A DNA stretch of 24,000 bases from NCBI RefSeq assembly GCF_039538005.1, contig NZ_BAABBO010000016.1, forward strand, positions 59,974 to 83,973, written 5' to 3'. How positions within the stretch are numbered: the first letter of the stretch is position 1; each line of letters starts with the position of its first letter. The DNA comes from Allohahella marinimesophila. GTDB lineage: Bacteria; Pseudomonadota; Gammaproteobacteria; Pseudomonadales; Oleiphilaceae. Shown here piece after piece: positions 1-11,632 of this stretch. Below the pieces are notes generated by a model. That model worked only from the letters and a program-made list of their open reading frames with translations. It searched no databases and was not told the DNA's origin. The position numbers and the translations under genes were made by a program.

Positions 1-562
1 CTGGCGTCTCACCTTCGTCATCAGGCGTCTCGGGAAAATAAACCATCTCGACCCGCTGCTTCTTGTCCTTGTCATCAGAGGACCTGGCATTCACCACCTG
101 ACTGACCGTATCGTACAGAATCTCTTCCCCCTGAAAAATGCTCGAATCCTGTTCTAGCCTGGCACTACCGCGAAGCGCCACCTGATTCTGGTCACGGCGG
201 TAATCGATTCGCTTGGCGTAGGCATTGGTTTCTGTATCTTCCTCAGCATTGTATTGCTTCAGGTGGGCAGGGGTGCCTACGGCGTCCAGTCTGCTGATAC
301 CCCGGCCGCCAGTCGTATAGACCGTGATGCGGCTGGCTTCGATGAGCGACCGGCCCTGGCTGATCACAACGTCGCCATTGTAAGTCGCCACGCCTTTGAG
401 CTCATCAAGCTCGGCGGAGTCGGCCTGTATTCTGATGGGCTCTCGGCTCTGCAGTGTCATGTCGAAGGCTGCGGCGCTGCCGCTTACCATAATGAAAGCC
501 AGGGTCAGGCCAAAGCGAAGCCTGACTTTTGCAGCCGAGGACGGGCGCATGAGTTCACTCAT
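1..562 (-). CDS. lptA: LPS transport periplasmic protein LptA (3' end runs off the window)
   Basis: Minus-strand frame is open from the ATG at 562 to the window edge, so it has no stop and is absent from the ORF track. My translation is MSELMRPSSAAKVRLRFGLTLAFIMVSGSAAAFD...EPIRIQADSAELDELKGVATYNGDVVISQGRSLIEASRITVY...RIDYRRDQNQVALRGSARLEQDSSIFQGEEILYD. This gives a signal peptide plus an OstA/LptA-type repeat pattern. The ATG overlaps the lptC stop (ATGAGTGA, 555-562). It sits downstream of lptC as in the canonical kdsD-kdsC-lptC-lptA-lptB locus. Confidence 0.85.
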   Translation of the reverse strand, partial: MSELMRPSSAAKVRLRFGLTLAFIMVSGSAAAFDMTLQSREPIRIQADSAELDELKGVATYNGDVVISQGRSLIEASRITVYTTGGRGISRLDAVGTPAHLKQYNAEEDTETNAYAKRIDYRRDQNQVALRGSARLEQDSSIFQGEEILYDTVSQVVNARSSDDKDKKQRVEMVYFPETPDDEGETP

Positions 563-1160
563 ATGCCGGTCTTGCCTGATAGATCGCGCGTACATCCTGC
601 TTCAATTCTACTGCCCTTTGCTGCATATCAAGTTCCATGCCAGTGCCTTGAATCCTATCAGAACCGGAGATCACCTCAACAGCATTATTTGTTTCCACAT
701 GCTCGTCGCCCATGGTGTACACCAGGCCGGACGTGAGTACACGGATAGGCTGGTTCTCTAGCGTGCTGCCGAGAATTTCCACGTTCTGGTCCAGTGTCAG
801 TACTGAATAGCGGGCATCATAGGTGCCCTTGTCGGCGCTCATGTGCCAGAAATTCCGCTCGCCAGCCTCTTCGTGGATGTCGAGCCGGGGCAGTGATAAA
901 ACGCCGATATCAGTATCGACAAACTGCTCGGCTCTGACGCTTTCGAGCCTGCTTTCGAGCATGCCGGCGAGGTTATAGGTTCTATAGCTCGCCTGTAGTA
1001 TGAAAGCGTCCGGCTCTGCGTCATCAGCCAGACGAACGACTTCGACGTCTTCATCATTGAAGGCCTGATACCAGAAGGCCGCGGTGAGCACGATGAGCAC
1101 CACTGCCAATACCAGCCGTTTTGACCGCACCGCGTTTCCGGCCATCTCCTGTAAGGTCAT
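555..1160 (-). CDS. lptC: LPS export system protein LptC
   Basis: ORF 555..1178 (-). It has a single N-terminal TM helix (RLVLAVVLIVLTAAFWY) followed by a ~170-aa periplasmic body, and lies between kdsC and lptA. I prefer the ATG at 1160 (MTLQEMAG...) because GGAGG lies 8 nt upstream. The ATG at 1178 has no SD. Confidence 0.85.
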   Translation of the reverse strand: MTLQEMAGNAVRSKRLVLAVVLIVLTAAFWYQAFNDEDVEVVRLADDAEPDAFILQASYRTYNLAGMLESRLESVRAEQFVDTDIGVLSLPRLDIHEEAGERNFWHMSADKGTYDARYSVLTLDQNVEILGSTLENQPIRVLTSGLVYTMGDEHVETNNAVEVISGSDRIQGTGMELDMQQRAVELKQDVRAIYQARPAYE

Positions 1161-1190
1161 TCGAAGGCCCTCCGGCATTCAATGCTGCGT

Positions 1191-1712
1191 TTATGGCAGC
1201 AGATAGCTTTGTTGCACCGAGTCGAGAAGGCCCATACGTTCGAGGATAAGGTCGCAGACTTCACGTACGGCGCCGTTGCCGCCATGAGCCGTCGTGACAT
1301 AGTCGGCATGTTCTCGCACGAATGCATGGGCGTTGGCCACTGCTACGCCAAAGCCACAGGCCTGAATGGCGCTGAGGTCGGGCAGGTCATCTCCTACGTA
1401 GGCCACTTCCGCAATATCGATCTGCTGTTCTGCACAGATTTCCATCAGCGCCTGATACTTGTCGACCCGACCCTGCAGCAGCAGCTCAATATCGAGATCC
1501 TTCGCACGACGCTCTGTCGCGGCAGCCCTTCGGCCAGTCACGATGGCTACGGCGATGCCTGCACGCTGCAAGTGGCGAATACCCTGGCCGTCAAGCGTAC
1601 AGAAGCGTTTGAGTTCGTCGCCCGTGGATGTAAACAGCAATTTGCCATCCGTCAGTACGCCGTCAACATCGAGGGCGAGCAGGCGGATTGGTCTTGACTC
1701 TTGTTTCGTCAT
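1191..1712 (-). CDS. kdsC: 3-deoxy-D-manno-octulosonate 8-phosphate phosphatase KdsC
   Basis: ORF 1191..1754 (-). HAD motifs are present: LALDVDGVLTDG, VTGR, YVGDDLPD. The KdsC-type tail GGNGAVREVCDLIL is also present. The start is uncertain. ATG 1712 gives ~173 aa, like Pseudomonas-type KdsC. GTG 1754 would overlap kdsD by 11 nt. Confidence 0.9.
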   Translation of the reverse strand: MTKQESRPIRLLALDVDGVLTDGKLLFTSTGDELKRFCTLDGQGIRHLQRAGIAVAIVTGRRAAATERRAKDLDIELLLQGRVDKYQALMEICAEQQIDIAEVAYVGDDLPDLSAIQACGFGVAVANAHAFVREHADYVTTAHGGNGAVREVCDLILERMGLLDSVQQSYLLP

Positions 1713-1743
1713 GTTTTCTTTTACCGGAAGGCTGACTGTCAAT

Positions 1744-2757
1744 CTAGACGACACCTGCCCGAAGCAGGTCGTGCATGTTCAGGGCGCCGATAAGCGTGCG
1801 ATCTTCGGCAACGACGGGCAGGGCATTGATCTTTTTCTCATCCATGACGGCAAGCGCCTTGGCTGCCAGCATATCGGCAGAAATCGTGGTGCATTTCACT
1901 GTCATGATATCCGCGAGGTGAGCCTGGTGTATATCGACCCGATTCTCCAGCGCGCGGCGAAGATCACCGTCCGTAAAGATGCCGAGCAGTTTGAAGTCGG
2001 CATCCACGATGCAGGCCATGCCGAGGCCTTGTCGGGTCATCTCCAGCAGGCAGTCGGACATGCTGGCCGATTCAGTCACAGCGGGAATGCGGGTGCCGTC
2101 GTGCATGATGTCGGCCACCTTGAGCAACAGCCGGCGTCCAAGCGCGCCGCCAGGATGTGAAAAGGCGAAGTCTTCCTCACTGAAACCCTTTGCATCAAGC
2201 AGGGCAACGGCGAGCGCGTCACCCAGGACGAGCGTGACGGTAGTGCTGGAAGTTGGGGCGAGCCCGAGCGGACAGGCTTCCTTGCTGACGCTGGTGTCGA
2301 GATTCACGTCGGCGAGTGCGGCCATCTGTGAGCGCGCGTTGCCTGTCAGCGTTATCAGGGGGATGCTCATGCGCTTGATCAGCGGCAGTATGCTGATGAT
2401 CTCCGCAGTATTCCCTGAGTTTGAAATCGCAATGACCACATCGTCTTTGGTGATCATGCCGAGATCGCCATGACTTGCCTCGCCGGGATGGACGAAAAAG
2501 CTTGGCGTGCCGGTGGACGCCAGGGTGGCTGCGATCTTGTTGCCGATATGGCCGGATTTGCCCATACCGGTCACGACGACCCGGCCGCGACATTCGAGCA
2601 TGAGCTCACAGGCTCTGGTAAAGCTTTCGCGCTGCTGTTTCTGATGAAGAATCAGCTCGGCAATGGCGTCGCGCTCGGTTTCCATGGTGCGGATGCCAGC
2701 GGCGAGGAAATCAAAGCTCGCAGCAATCGACTCTTGTGTCGGGGTCGTATGTGCCAT
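1744..2757 (-). CDS. kdsD: arabinose-5-phosphate isomerase KdsD (SIS + tandem CBS)
   Basis: 337 aa. SIS motif VVVTGMGKSGHIGNKIAATLASTGTPSFFVHPGEASHGDLG, followed by CBS-like C-terminal repeats (...LGIFTDGDLRR..., ...LIGALNMHDLLRAG). Located directly upstream of kdsC. Confidence 0.95.
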   Translation of the reverse strand: MAHTTPTQESIAASFDFLAAGIRTMETERDAIAELILHQKQQRESFTRACELMLECRGRVVVTGMGKSGHIGNKIAATLASTGTPSFFVHPGEASHGDLGMITKDDVVIAISNSGNTAEIISILPLIKRMSIPLITLTGNARSQMAALADVNLDTSVSKEACPLGLAPTSSTTVTLVLGDALAVALLDAKGFSEEDFAFSHPGGALGRRLLLKVADIMHDGTRIPAVTESASMSDCLLEMTRQGLGMACIVDADFKLLGIFTDGDLRRALENRVDIHQAHLADIMTVKCTTISADMLAAKALAVMDEKKINALPVVAEDRTLIGALNMHDLLRAGVV

Positions 2758-2899
2758 AGAGTTTCCAACGATAGTGATTGGCGACAGCTGGCAGGGTTGC
2801 CGCTGCAGAAATTGTAAAAGATGTCCTGGGCCGTATCGGCTTTCGCGTTAGTGTATCAGAATCAGGAAATATATCTTCCCGCCTCGAATTCAATCAGGA

Positions 2900-3724
2900 G
2901 TGAGCGTTCTGTCACAAGAGCATCTCGTCAGTATCGAGAACATGAGCTTTCGCCGTGGCGATCGGCTGATCTTCGACAACATCAGTCTGCATGCGCCGCG
3001 TGGCAAGATTACCGGCATCATGGGCCCCAGTGGCACCGGCAAGACCACGCTGCTCAAGCTGATCGGTGGCCAGATCAAACCTGAAAGTGGCCGGGTCGTG
3101 TTTGATGACATAGTCGTAAATGACATGTCGCGGTCGCGGCTGTACGAGATGAGAACCCGCATGGGCATGCTGTTCCAGTCGGGTGCCCTGTTCAGTGACC
3201 TCAACGTGTTTGAGAATGTCGCCTTTCCCCTGCGCGCCCACACCGCGCTGAGCAACGACATGATCCGCGATATTGTATTAATGAAGCTTAATGCTGTCGG
3301 CCTCCGAGGTGCGCGTGATCTGATGCCGAGCGAGTTGTCAGGTGGTATGGCGCGGCGGGCCGCCCTTGCGCGGAGCATCGCGCTTGACCCGGATATCATC
3401 ATGTACGATGAACCCTTCACCGGGCAGGACCCGATCGCCATGGCTGTGATCGTGAAGCTGATTCGCCTGCTCAACGATGCCGTCGGGTTGACCACCATTC
3501 TCGTGTCTCACGATATTCAGGAAACCATGAGCATTGCTGATCATCTCTGCATCATCGCGGATGGCAAGTTGATGGGGCAGGGTTCACCGGAGCATCTGAA
3601 AACAGAGGGCAATGAATTCGTGAAGCAATTCCTCAATGGGCTGCCGGACGGGCCAGTCGCCTTCCATTACCCAGCGAAGGACTATAAGGACGACCTGCTG
3701 TCTGTCGGTGGCTCAGATGCTTAG
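2900..3724 (+). CDS. mlaF: phospholipid ABC transporter ATP-binding protein MlaF
   Basis: Walker [10 protein letters not shown], signature LSGGMARR, Walker B IIMYDEP, H-loop SHD. The MlaF-type C-terminal tail [15 protein letters not shown] is collinear with E. coli MlaF as I recall it. The start is uncertain: GTG 2900 directly abuts AGGAG (2896-2900), and the next in-frame ATG is 2942. Confidence 0.92.
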   Translation: MSVLSQEHLVSIENMSFRRGDRLIFDNISLHAPRGKITGIMGPSGTGKTTLLKLIGGQIKPESGRVVFDDIVVNDMSRSRLYEMRTRMGMLFQSGALFSDLNVFENVAFPLRAHTALSNDMIRDIVLMKLNAVGLRGARDLMPSELSGGMARRAALARSIALDPDIIMYDEPFTGQDPIAMAVIVKLIRLLNDAVGLTTILVSHDIQETMSIADHLCIIADGKLMGQGSPEHLKTEGNEFVKQFLNGLPDGPVAFHYPAKDYKDDLLSVGGSDA

Positions 3725-4508
3725 TCTGCTCTTTCAGAAGATTCAGCAGCTGGGCCATGCCGGACTGACCTCTCTGTCGTCCTTTGGCCGGTCGGGTCTG
3801 TTTCTGCTGCAGACCCTGTGGAACTGGCCCACGATGAAGGGGTTCCCGCTGCTCGCCAAGCAGATCTGGCAGACCGGTGTGTTGTCGCTGCTGATCATCA
3901 TTGTCAGTGGTCTGTTCATTGGCATGGTACTTGGCCTGCAGGGCTATACCATTCTCGTGGATTACGGTTCTGAACAGGCGATTGGACAGATGATTGCGCT
4001 CACGCTGGTGCGAGAGCTCGGGCCGGTAGTGACTGCGCTCCTGTTCGCTGGCAGGGCAGGTAGCGCGCTGACGGCCGAAATCGGCCTCATGAAAACCACG
4101 GAACAGCTCAGCAGCCTTGAAATGATGGGTGTCGACCCGCTTCGTTATGTCATCGCGCCTCGCCTCATCGGCGGATTTATCAGCATGCCCATACTGGCCG
4201 CCATCTTCAGCGTGGTGGGTATCTGGGGCGGCATGATGGTCGGCGTCGACTGGCTGGGCGTATACGAAGGATCGTTCTGGAGTAATATGCAGGCCTCGGT
4301 CGACTTCAGAGAGGACGTTCTCAACGGTGTGATCAAGAGCCTGGTCTTCGGTTTCGTATGCAGCTGGATCGCTGTTTATCAGGGCTATGATTCGGTTCCG
4401 ACCTCGGAGGGTATCAGTGCGGCGACTACCCGCACGGTGGTGTATTCTTCTCTCAGCGTGCTTGCGCTGGACTTTATTTTGACTGCCGTCATGTTTGGAG
4501 ATCTGTAA
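3717..4508 (+). CDS. mlaE: phospholipid ABC transporter permease MlaE
   Basis: ORF 3636..4508. ATG 3717 ([13 protein letters not shown]...) overlaps the mlaF stop by 8 nt (ATGCTTAG). It is a multi-TM protein with the conserved MlaE segment [27 protein letters not shown]. Confidence 0.92.
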   Translation: MLSLLFQKIQQLGHAGLTSLSSFGRSGLFLLQTLWNWPTMKGFPLLAKQIWQTGVLSLLIIIVSGLFIGMVLGLQGYTILVDYGSEQAIGQMIALTLVRELGPVVTALLFAGRAGSALTAEIGLMKTTEQLSSLEMMGVDPLRYVIAPRLIGGFISMPILAAIFSVVGIWGGMMVGVDWLGVYEGSFWSNMQASVDFREDVLNGVIKSLVFGFVCSWIAVYQGYDSVPTSEGISAATTRTVVYSSLSVLALDFILTAVMFGDL

Positions 4509-4961
4509 ATGCAAATTCGAACTGTCGAAATCGGCGTTGGTCTGTTCATGTTGTTGGGTATCGGAGCGCTATTCCTGTTGGCGATACGAATCAGCGGCCT
4601 GAGTCTCAGCCCGGCTGAATCGACCTACACGCTGTATGCCGAGTTCAACGATATTGGTGGTCTGCGAGAGCGGGGCAAGGTGTCGATGGCTGGCGTGACG
4701 ATAGGCCAGATCACAGACATCGAGCTCGACCCCAAGTCGGTAAAAGCACGGGTAGCCATGGAGGTTGATGCCGACGTAGATTACATTTCACGTGACAGTG
4801 TGGCTGTGGTCAGCACGGCTGGACTGCTTGGCGAAAAGTATCTCAACATCGCCATCGGTGGCGATCCGGATACGCTGGCCGACGGCGACTACATTGAAAG
4901 TACCCAGAGCGCACTCAACCTCGAAAAGCTGATCAGCAATTTTGCAACCAGCAACCTCTGA
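4509..4961 (+). CDS. mlaD: MCE-domain substrate-binding protein MlaD
   Basis: 150 aa. N-terminal TM anchor (VEIGVGLFMLLGIGALFLLAI) plus an MCE domain (YTLYAEFNDIGGLRERGKVSMAGVTIGQITDIELD). The ATG immediately follows the mlaE TAA. Confidence 0.9.
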   Translation: MQIRTVEIGVGLFMLLGIGALFLLAIRISGLSLSPAESTYTLYAEFNDIGGLRERGKVSMAGVTIGQITDIELDPKSVKARVAMEVDADVDYISRDSVAVVSTAGLLGEKYLNIAIGGDPDTLADGDYIESTQSALNLEKLISNFATSNL

Positions 4962-4995
4962 TTCGACCTCCCGGTTTACTGAAGGATATTGGCAG

Positions 4996-5697
4996 ATGAC
5001 CCAGACACTTAGCGTATTTCAACAGACATCTAGCAGCATGGCCTCGGAGCGATCTCCGGTGCTGTCGCTGGGCCTCGCAGTCATGCTGATGTTCTCTTCC
5101 CTTTTCTCTGTGCAGGCGCAGGCTGGTGTGGAAGACGAGATCATGGCCAAGGTGCGGAAGGATACCGAGCGCCTCGTGGACCAGCTGAGAGATCAGCGCC
5201 AGACTTATTATGAAGACAAGACAAAGTTCTATGAAATCATGCACGGGGCGCTGGTTGAGTCAGTTGACTTCAAGCGCATTTCAGCCCGCATCATGGGACG
5301 CTATCGTCGTGAAGCAAGTGATGCCCAGCAGGATCGTTTCGTGGAGGTGTTCAAGAAAAGTCTCTTCAATGCCTATGGCAAGACCCTTGTCGAGTCCGAT
5401 CAGTTCAACATCAATGTGCTGGATGCCGAGGTCAATCCGCGGGCAAAAGACAGAGCCTCTGTGAACCTTGAAGTTGTCGCTGAATCTGGCAACAAGTACC
5501 CCGTGACCTATTCAATGTATAACAGCGAGAAGAATGGCTGGCTGCTGGAGAACGTCATTGTGAATGGTGTGAATATCGGGCTGGCCTTCCGTGACAAGTT
5601 TGAACAGTTGATGAGCCAGTATCGTGGTGATATCGACCAGGTCATCGACAATTGGACATCCACTGTGGAAGAAGAGCGCATTCAGGAGTCAAAGTAA
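4996..5697 (+). CDS. mlaC: periplasmic phospholipid-binding protein MlaC (Ttg2D family)
   Basis: ORF 4942..5697. ATG 4996 is preceded by GAAGGA. The signal peptide ends ...LFSVQAQA. Size and position after mlaD fit MlaC/Ttg2D. ATG 5038 is an alternative start. Confidence 0.8.
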   Translation: MTQTLSVFQQTSSSMASERSPVLSLGLAVMLMFSSLFSVQAQAGVEDEIMAKVRKDTERLVDQLRDQRQTYYEDKTKFYEIMHGALVESVDFKRISARIMGRYRREASDAQQDRFVEVFKKSLFNAYGKTLVESDQFNINVLDAEVNPRAKDRASVNLEVVAESGNKYPVTYSMYNSEKNGWLLENVIVNGVNIGLAFRDKFEQLMSQYRGDIDQVIDNWTSTVEEERIQESK

Positions 5698-5701
5698 GTC
5701 T

Positions 5702-6037
5702 GTGGCAGCAGCAAGCGCAGGACTCAGCGTCCGTGAAACACCGCCCGAGGGCTTTGGCGATAGCGCCTACGCGGAAATTGCTGGCGATATAGATAATGAC
5801 ACGGCGGTTGCCTTGCTGGATGAAGGGAAAGCCTTCCTTGCCTCGGCGAACTCTCGAGATGTCATTATCGACTTCAGCAGGGTGAAGACTGCGCAGAGCG
5901 TTGCCCTGTCGTTGATGGTGCGCTGGCTCGATACGGCAGCAAAGCATGACAGGTCACTCCGTTTCAAAGGGCTTTCCGGCAAGTTGCACGATCTCGCCAA
6001 GGTCAGCGGTCTCGAAGAAGTCCTGCCGCTGGCCTGA
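5702..6037 (+). CDS. mlaB: STAS-domain protein MlaB
   Basis: ORF 5624..6037 would overlap mlaC. GTG 5702, 5 nt after the mlaC stop, gives ~111 aa. It looks STAS-like (...VIIDFSRVKTAQSVALSLMVRWL...LRFKGLSGKLHDLAKVSGLEEVL). It is the last gene of the mla operon, as expected. Confidence 0.75.
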   Translation: MAAASAGLSVRETPPEGFGDSAYAEIAGDIDNDTAVALLDEGKAFLASANSRDVIIDFSRVKTAQSVALSLMVRWLDTAAKHDRSLRFKGLSGKLHDLAKVSGLEEVLPLA

Positions 6038-6158
6038 TGCACAGCCTTTGCACTGCCGCTCGCCCCGGCATCTGATATACTCCCCCGTTTTCAACGTCAG
6101 CACATTGACCCGTGTTGCTTCATTCGCAACGCATTCCTAGAGGATGGGAGCCCCATTT

Positions 6159-6401
6159 ATGCAGCCTCAAGAACTCGAAAACTATCTCCAGCCCCGCTTC
6201 AGCGATTGCGAAGTCAAAGTCGGGGGTGATGATTATCATTTTCTGGTCACGGTGATCGGCGAAGTGTTCGAAGATCTCAACGCCGTCAAGAAACAGCAGT
6301 TTGTATACAAGCAGCTGAACGAACTCATAGCAGACGGTACCGTGCACGCGGTGACCATCAAAACCTACACGCCGACTGAATGGTCAGCCCAGAACACCTG
6401 A
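6159..6401 (+). CDS. ibaG: BolA-family protein IbaG (YrbA)
   Basis: ORF 6144..6401. ATG 6159 has GGGAG 8 nt upstream. The segment ...DYHFLVTVIGEVFEDLNAVKKQQFVYKQLNELIADGTVHAVTIKTYTPTEW is collinear with E. coli IbaG. It sits between mlaB and murA as in enterics and pseudomonads. Confidence 0.87.
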   Translation: MQPQELENYLQPRFSDCEVKVGGDDYHFLVTVIGEVFEDLNAVKKQQFVYKQLNELIADGTVHAVTIKTYTPTEWSAQNT

Positions 6402-8335
<1,934 letters not shown>

Positions 8336-8359
8336 GTTTATCTGCAAGAGACTATCGTC

Positions 8360-9682
8360 ATGAGAATGTTAACGCGCAGCGATGCGAATTTCGCCGCTGA
8401 ACTTGATGAACTCCTCAATGTATCTGCGGAAGACACCTCGGCCGTCGAGCATACGGTGGCCGATATCATCGCGGATGTACGCAGACGCGGTGATGCAGCC
8501 GTGCTTGAATATACCAGTCGTTTCGATCGGCTGGATTTCAGGGATGCTGCCCGGCTGCGGATCACACCCGAACAGCTGGCGCACCATGCCGCGCAGACCG
8601 CCCCAGCAGTGCGAGAGGCGCTCGAAGCCGCAGCAGCGCGCATCCGTAGCTATCACGAGCGTCAGGCAGCACCTTCCTGGCAATATTCCGAGCCCGACGG
8701 CACCGTGCTTGGTCAGCAGATTACCCCACTGGATTCGGTAGGTATCTATGTGCCCGGAGGCAAGGCGTCCTATCCGTCGTCGGTTCTGATGAACGCCATT
8801 CCGGCAAAGGTTGCCGGGGTAAAGCGCATCGTGATGACCGTGCCGACCCCAGATGGTGTGATCAACGATGTCGTCATAACGGCTGCGCTGGTGGCGGGTG
8901 TTGATGAGATCTATACAGTTGGTGGCGCCCAGGCCGTCGCTGCGCTGGCCTATGGCACTGACACCATTCGACCAGTGGACAAGATAACCGGCCCTGGCAA
9001 CATTTTTGTGGCCACAGCCAAGAAACAGGTCTTCGGAAAGGTGGGCATCGACATGATAGCAGGGCCCTCGGAGATCTGTGTCGTCGCCGATGCGGCGACC
9101 AATCCAGACTGGCTCGCAATGGACCTCTTTTCCCAGGCCGAGCACGACGAAGATGCACAGTCGATCCTGATCAGTGATAGCCAGGCGCTGCTCGATGCCG
9201 TGACCGCTTCAATTGAACGCCTGCTGCCCGAGATGGAGCGCGCGGATATCATTCGGAAGTCGCTGGCGGCACGTGGGGGCATGATTCTCTGCACTGACAT
9301 TGACGAAGCCATCGAAGTCGTCAATATGATTGCCCCCGAGCACCTCGAGCTCTGTGTTGATCAGCCTGAACGTCTTCTCACCAGCATCCGTCACGCTGGG
9401 GCAATTTTCATGGGACGTTATACCCCAGAGGCGCTCGGCGACTACTGCGCTGGACCTAACCACGTCCTGCCGACCTCAGGTACGGCGAGGTTTTCCAGTC
9501 CGCTTGGTGTCTACGACTTCCAGAAGCGCTCCTCCATCATCAATTTTTCAGCGGAGGGAGCAGCCACTCAGGGACGCGTCGCCAGTGTGCTGGCCAGGGC
9601 AGAAGGGCTGACTGCGCACGCTCGGTCAGCTGAGTATCGTGTAGAAGGCGATGCCGGTGGCCAGACAGGACAGCGACAGTGA
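8360..9682 (+). CDS. hisD: histidinol dehydrogenase HisD
   Basis: 440 aa. [74 protein letters not shown]. Confidence 0.97.
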   Translation: MRMLTRSDANFAAELDELLNVSAEDTSAVEHTVADIIADVRRRGDAAVLEYTSRFDRLDFRDAARLRITPEQLAHHAAQTAPAVREALEAAAARIRSYHERQAAPSWQYSEPDGTVLGQQITPLDSVGIYVPGGKASYPSSVLMNAIPAKVAGVKRIVMTVPTPDGVINDVVITAALVAGVDEIYTVGGAQAVAALAYGTDTIRPVDKITGPGNIFVATAKKQVFGKVGIDMIAGPSEICVVADAATNPDWLAMDLFSQAEHDEDAQSILISDSQALLDAVTASIERLLPEMERADIIRKSLAARGGMILCTDIDEAIEVVNMIAPEHLELCVDQPERLLTSIRHAGAIFMGRYTPEALGDYCAGPNHVLPTSGTARFSSPLGVYDFQKRSSIINFSAEGAATQGRVASVLARAEGLTAHARSAEYRVEGDAGGQTGQRQ

Positions 9683-10869
9683 GTGAATATTCACCGGAAA
9701 GCAGCTCGCAAAAGCGTACTGGTCTTATAGAAGCCCTGATTCCTGAACGCCTGAGGGCAGTTGGTGCCTATCATGTACAGGACTCGAAAGGTCTCCTCAA
9801 GCTGGACGCGATGGAGAACAGCTTCCCGCTGCCGCCATCCGTTGATGAGGCCTTTCGCGCACGGCTAGCCTCGCTTGAGATCAATCGCTATCCCTCTCCG
9901 CATCCGCAGAAGATCGAGCAGCAATTGCGTCGGCTATATGGTGTTCACGACGAGACCGCCATGATCTTCGGCAACGGTTCGGACGAGTTGATTCAGCTCC
10001 TGATTACCGTTATCGCGCCGAGTAATCGCGTGGTGGTCGCACCGGTGCCCAGCTTCGTGATGTATGCGAATCTGGCCCATCTGCTGGACTGCCGTTTCAT
10101 TGGTGTGCCGCTTCAGTCAGATTTCAGTCTCGATCTTGCCGCCATGAGTGAAGTAGTCCGATCGCAGCGACCCGGTCTCGTTTTTCTGGCGCAGCCAAAC
10201 AATCCGACAGGCGTGGCCTATTCACAGGCAGCGGTGGTCGAGTTGGCGGAACAGTGCCGCGAGAGTGGCAGTTTGCTGGTTATCGACGAAGCCTATGAGG
10301 CCTTTACTGACTATAGCGCCATTGGACTTGAGCAGCGCTTCGAGAACGTGCTGATCCTGCGAACGCTGTCGAAGCTTGGTATGGCTGGGGCCCGCTTCGG
10401 CATGCTGTTTGGCCACGAGGCCTGGGTCAGGGAGTTCGACAAGGCCCGACTGCCATACAACATCAATGTATTCTCTCAGCTCTTTATCGAGATTGCCCTT
10501 GAGCACTATGAGCTCTTTATGGCGCAGACTGAGGCGCTCAGAGGCTATCGCGCCATCTTGCAGGATCAGCTGACAGCGTTACCCTGGGTGAAAGTGTTCG
10601 ACAGTGAAGCCAACTTCGTACTCATCCGGGTGCTCGATGAGTCGGCTCCCGACACTGCTGCAACGACGTCCGGCGAGGCGCTGGCGCCTCGCCTTCATAA
10701 GGCGATGAAGCAGCGTGGCGTGTTGATCAAATGTCTGCATGGTGCGCATCCGCTGGTTGAAAACTGCCTGCGGCTCACCGTGGGACAGGCCCATGAAAAC
10801 GAACAGATGATGCGGGCACTTATCGAGGCCTATCAGGATCTGAGGGATGGTAACAGTGGCGATGGTTGA
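9679..10869 (+). CDS. hisC: histidinol-phosphate aminotransferase HisC
   Basis: 396 aa class-II aminotransferase. [38 protein letters not shown], and PLP-lysine motif [15 protein letters not shown]. The GTG start overlaps the hisD stop (GTGA). Confidence 0.93.
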   Translation: MSEYSPESSSQKRTGLIEALIPERLRAVGAYHVQDSKGLLKLDAMENSFPLPPSVDEAFRARLASLEINRYPSPHPQKIEQQLRRLYGVHDETAMIFGNGSDELIQLLITVIAPSNRVVVAPVPSFVMYANLAHLLDCRFIGVPLQSDFSLDLAAMSEVVRSQRPGLVFLAQPNNPTGVAYSQAAVVELAEQCRESGSLLVIDEAYEAFTDYSAIGLEQRFENVLILRTLSKLGMAGARFGMLFGHEAWVREFDKARLPYNINVFSQLFIEIALEHYELFMAQTEALRGYRAILQDQLTALPWVKVFDSEANFVLIRVLDESAPDTAATTSGEALAPRLHKAMKQRGVLIKCLHGAHPLVENCLRLTVGQAHENEQMMRALIEAYQDLRDGNSGDG

Positions 10870-11620
10870 ACGTGCGGCGGTAGGAGCCTGGCTCAACGCA
10901 GTACTCAAGCCGGAGTTGGTGAAGGATTATTGTCCGAACGGATTGCAGGTCGAAGGGCGTACGCAGATTGCCAAGGTCATGCTGGGTGTCACTGCATCGC
11001 AGGCGCTCATCGATGAAGCCGCGCGTTGGGGCGCTGACATGCTGTTGGTGCATCATGGCTGGTTCTGGAAGAACGAGCCGCTGACGGTGACTGGTCAGAA
11101 ATACCGACGCATGAAGGCGCTCATGGACCACGACATCAATCTGTTTGCGTATCACCTGCCTCTGGACATGCATCCAGAATACGGTAACAACGCCAGGCTG
11201 GCTGCTGTGCTAGGTCTGGAAGTGGAAGCCATGCAAGCCCTGCTTGGCGTACAGGATTTGCTCTGGAGTGGGCGTCTGGCCGCGCCTTGCCGGGCAGACG
11301 ATTTTGCGCGTCATATCGAAGAGAAGCTGCAGCGTAAGCCGCTGCTGCTGGGCAATGCCGAGAAGCAGATAGAAACGGTGGCGTGGTGTACGGGAGGCGC
11401 CCAGAGTGCAATTGACGATGCCATCGCGCTGGGCATGGACGCATTCATCAGCGGCGAAGCTTCCGAGCCAACCTACCATGCCGCTATGGAAAACGATATT
11501 GTCTATTATGCTGCTGGCCACGATGCCACTGAACGCTATGGCGTACAGGCACTCGGTTCAGCACTGGCGGCCGAATTCGGACTGGAAGCCAGGTTCTTCG
11601 ATCTCGGCAACCCTGTCTGA
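10847..11620 (+). CDS. Nif3-family dinuclear-metal-centre protein (YbgI / GTP cyclohydrolase 1 type 2 homologue)
   Basis: 257 aa. DYCPNGLQVEG, LLVHHGWFWKNEP, NLFAYHLPLDMHPEYGNN, and C-terminal GHDATERYGVQAL match the Nif3/YbgI pattern. ATG 10847 has AGGA 8 nt upstream. ATG 10862 is an alternative. Either start overlaps the 3' end of hisC. Confidence 0.85.
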   Translation: MVTVAMVERAAVGAWLNAVLKPELVKDYCPNGLQVEGRTQIAKVMLGVTASQALIDEAARWGADMLLVHHGWFWKNEPLTVTGQKYRRMKALMDHDINLFAYHLPLDMHPEYGNNARLAAVLGLEVEAMQALLGVQDLLWSGRLAAPCRADDFARHIEEKLQRKPLLLGNAEKQIETVAWCTGGAQSAIDDAIALGMDAFISGEASEPTYHAAMENDIVYYAAGHDATERYGVQALGSALAAEFGLEARFFDLGNPV

Positions 11621-11632
11621 GCTCTGAGCGGC

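Noticed and set aside
3636-3716. N-terminal extensions in the ORF track (mlaE from 3636; likewise mlaB from 5624, mlaC from 4942, zapE from 12462)
   Set aside because: The extensions overlap the preceding gene or lack homology to the family N-termini. Internal starts fit known protein lengths and coupling patterns better.
3633-4514. 293-aa ORF antisense to mlaE
   Set aside because: It mirrors mlaE exactly. Its R/H/Q/D-rich composition is typical of antisense translation of a membrane-protein gene. I see no SD or family signature.
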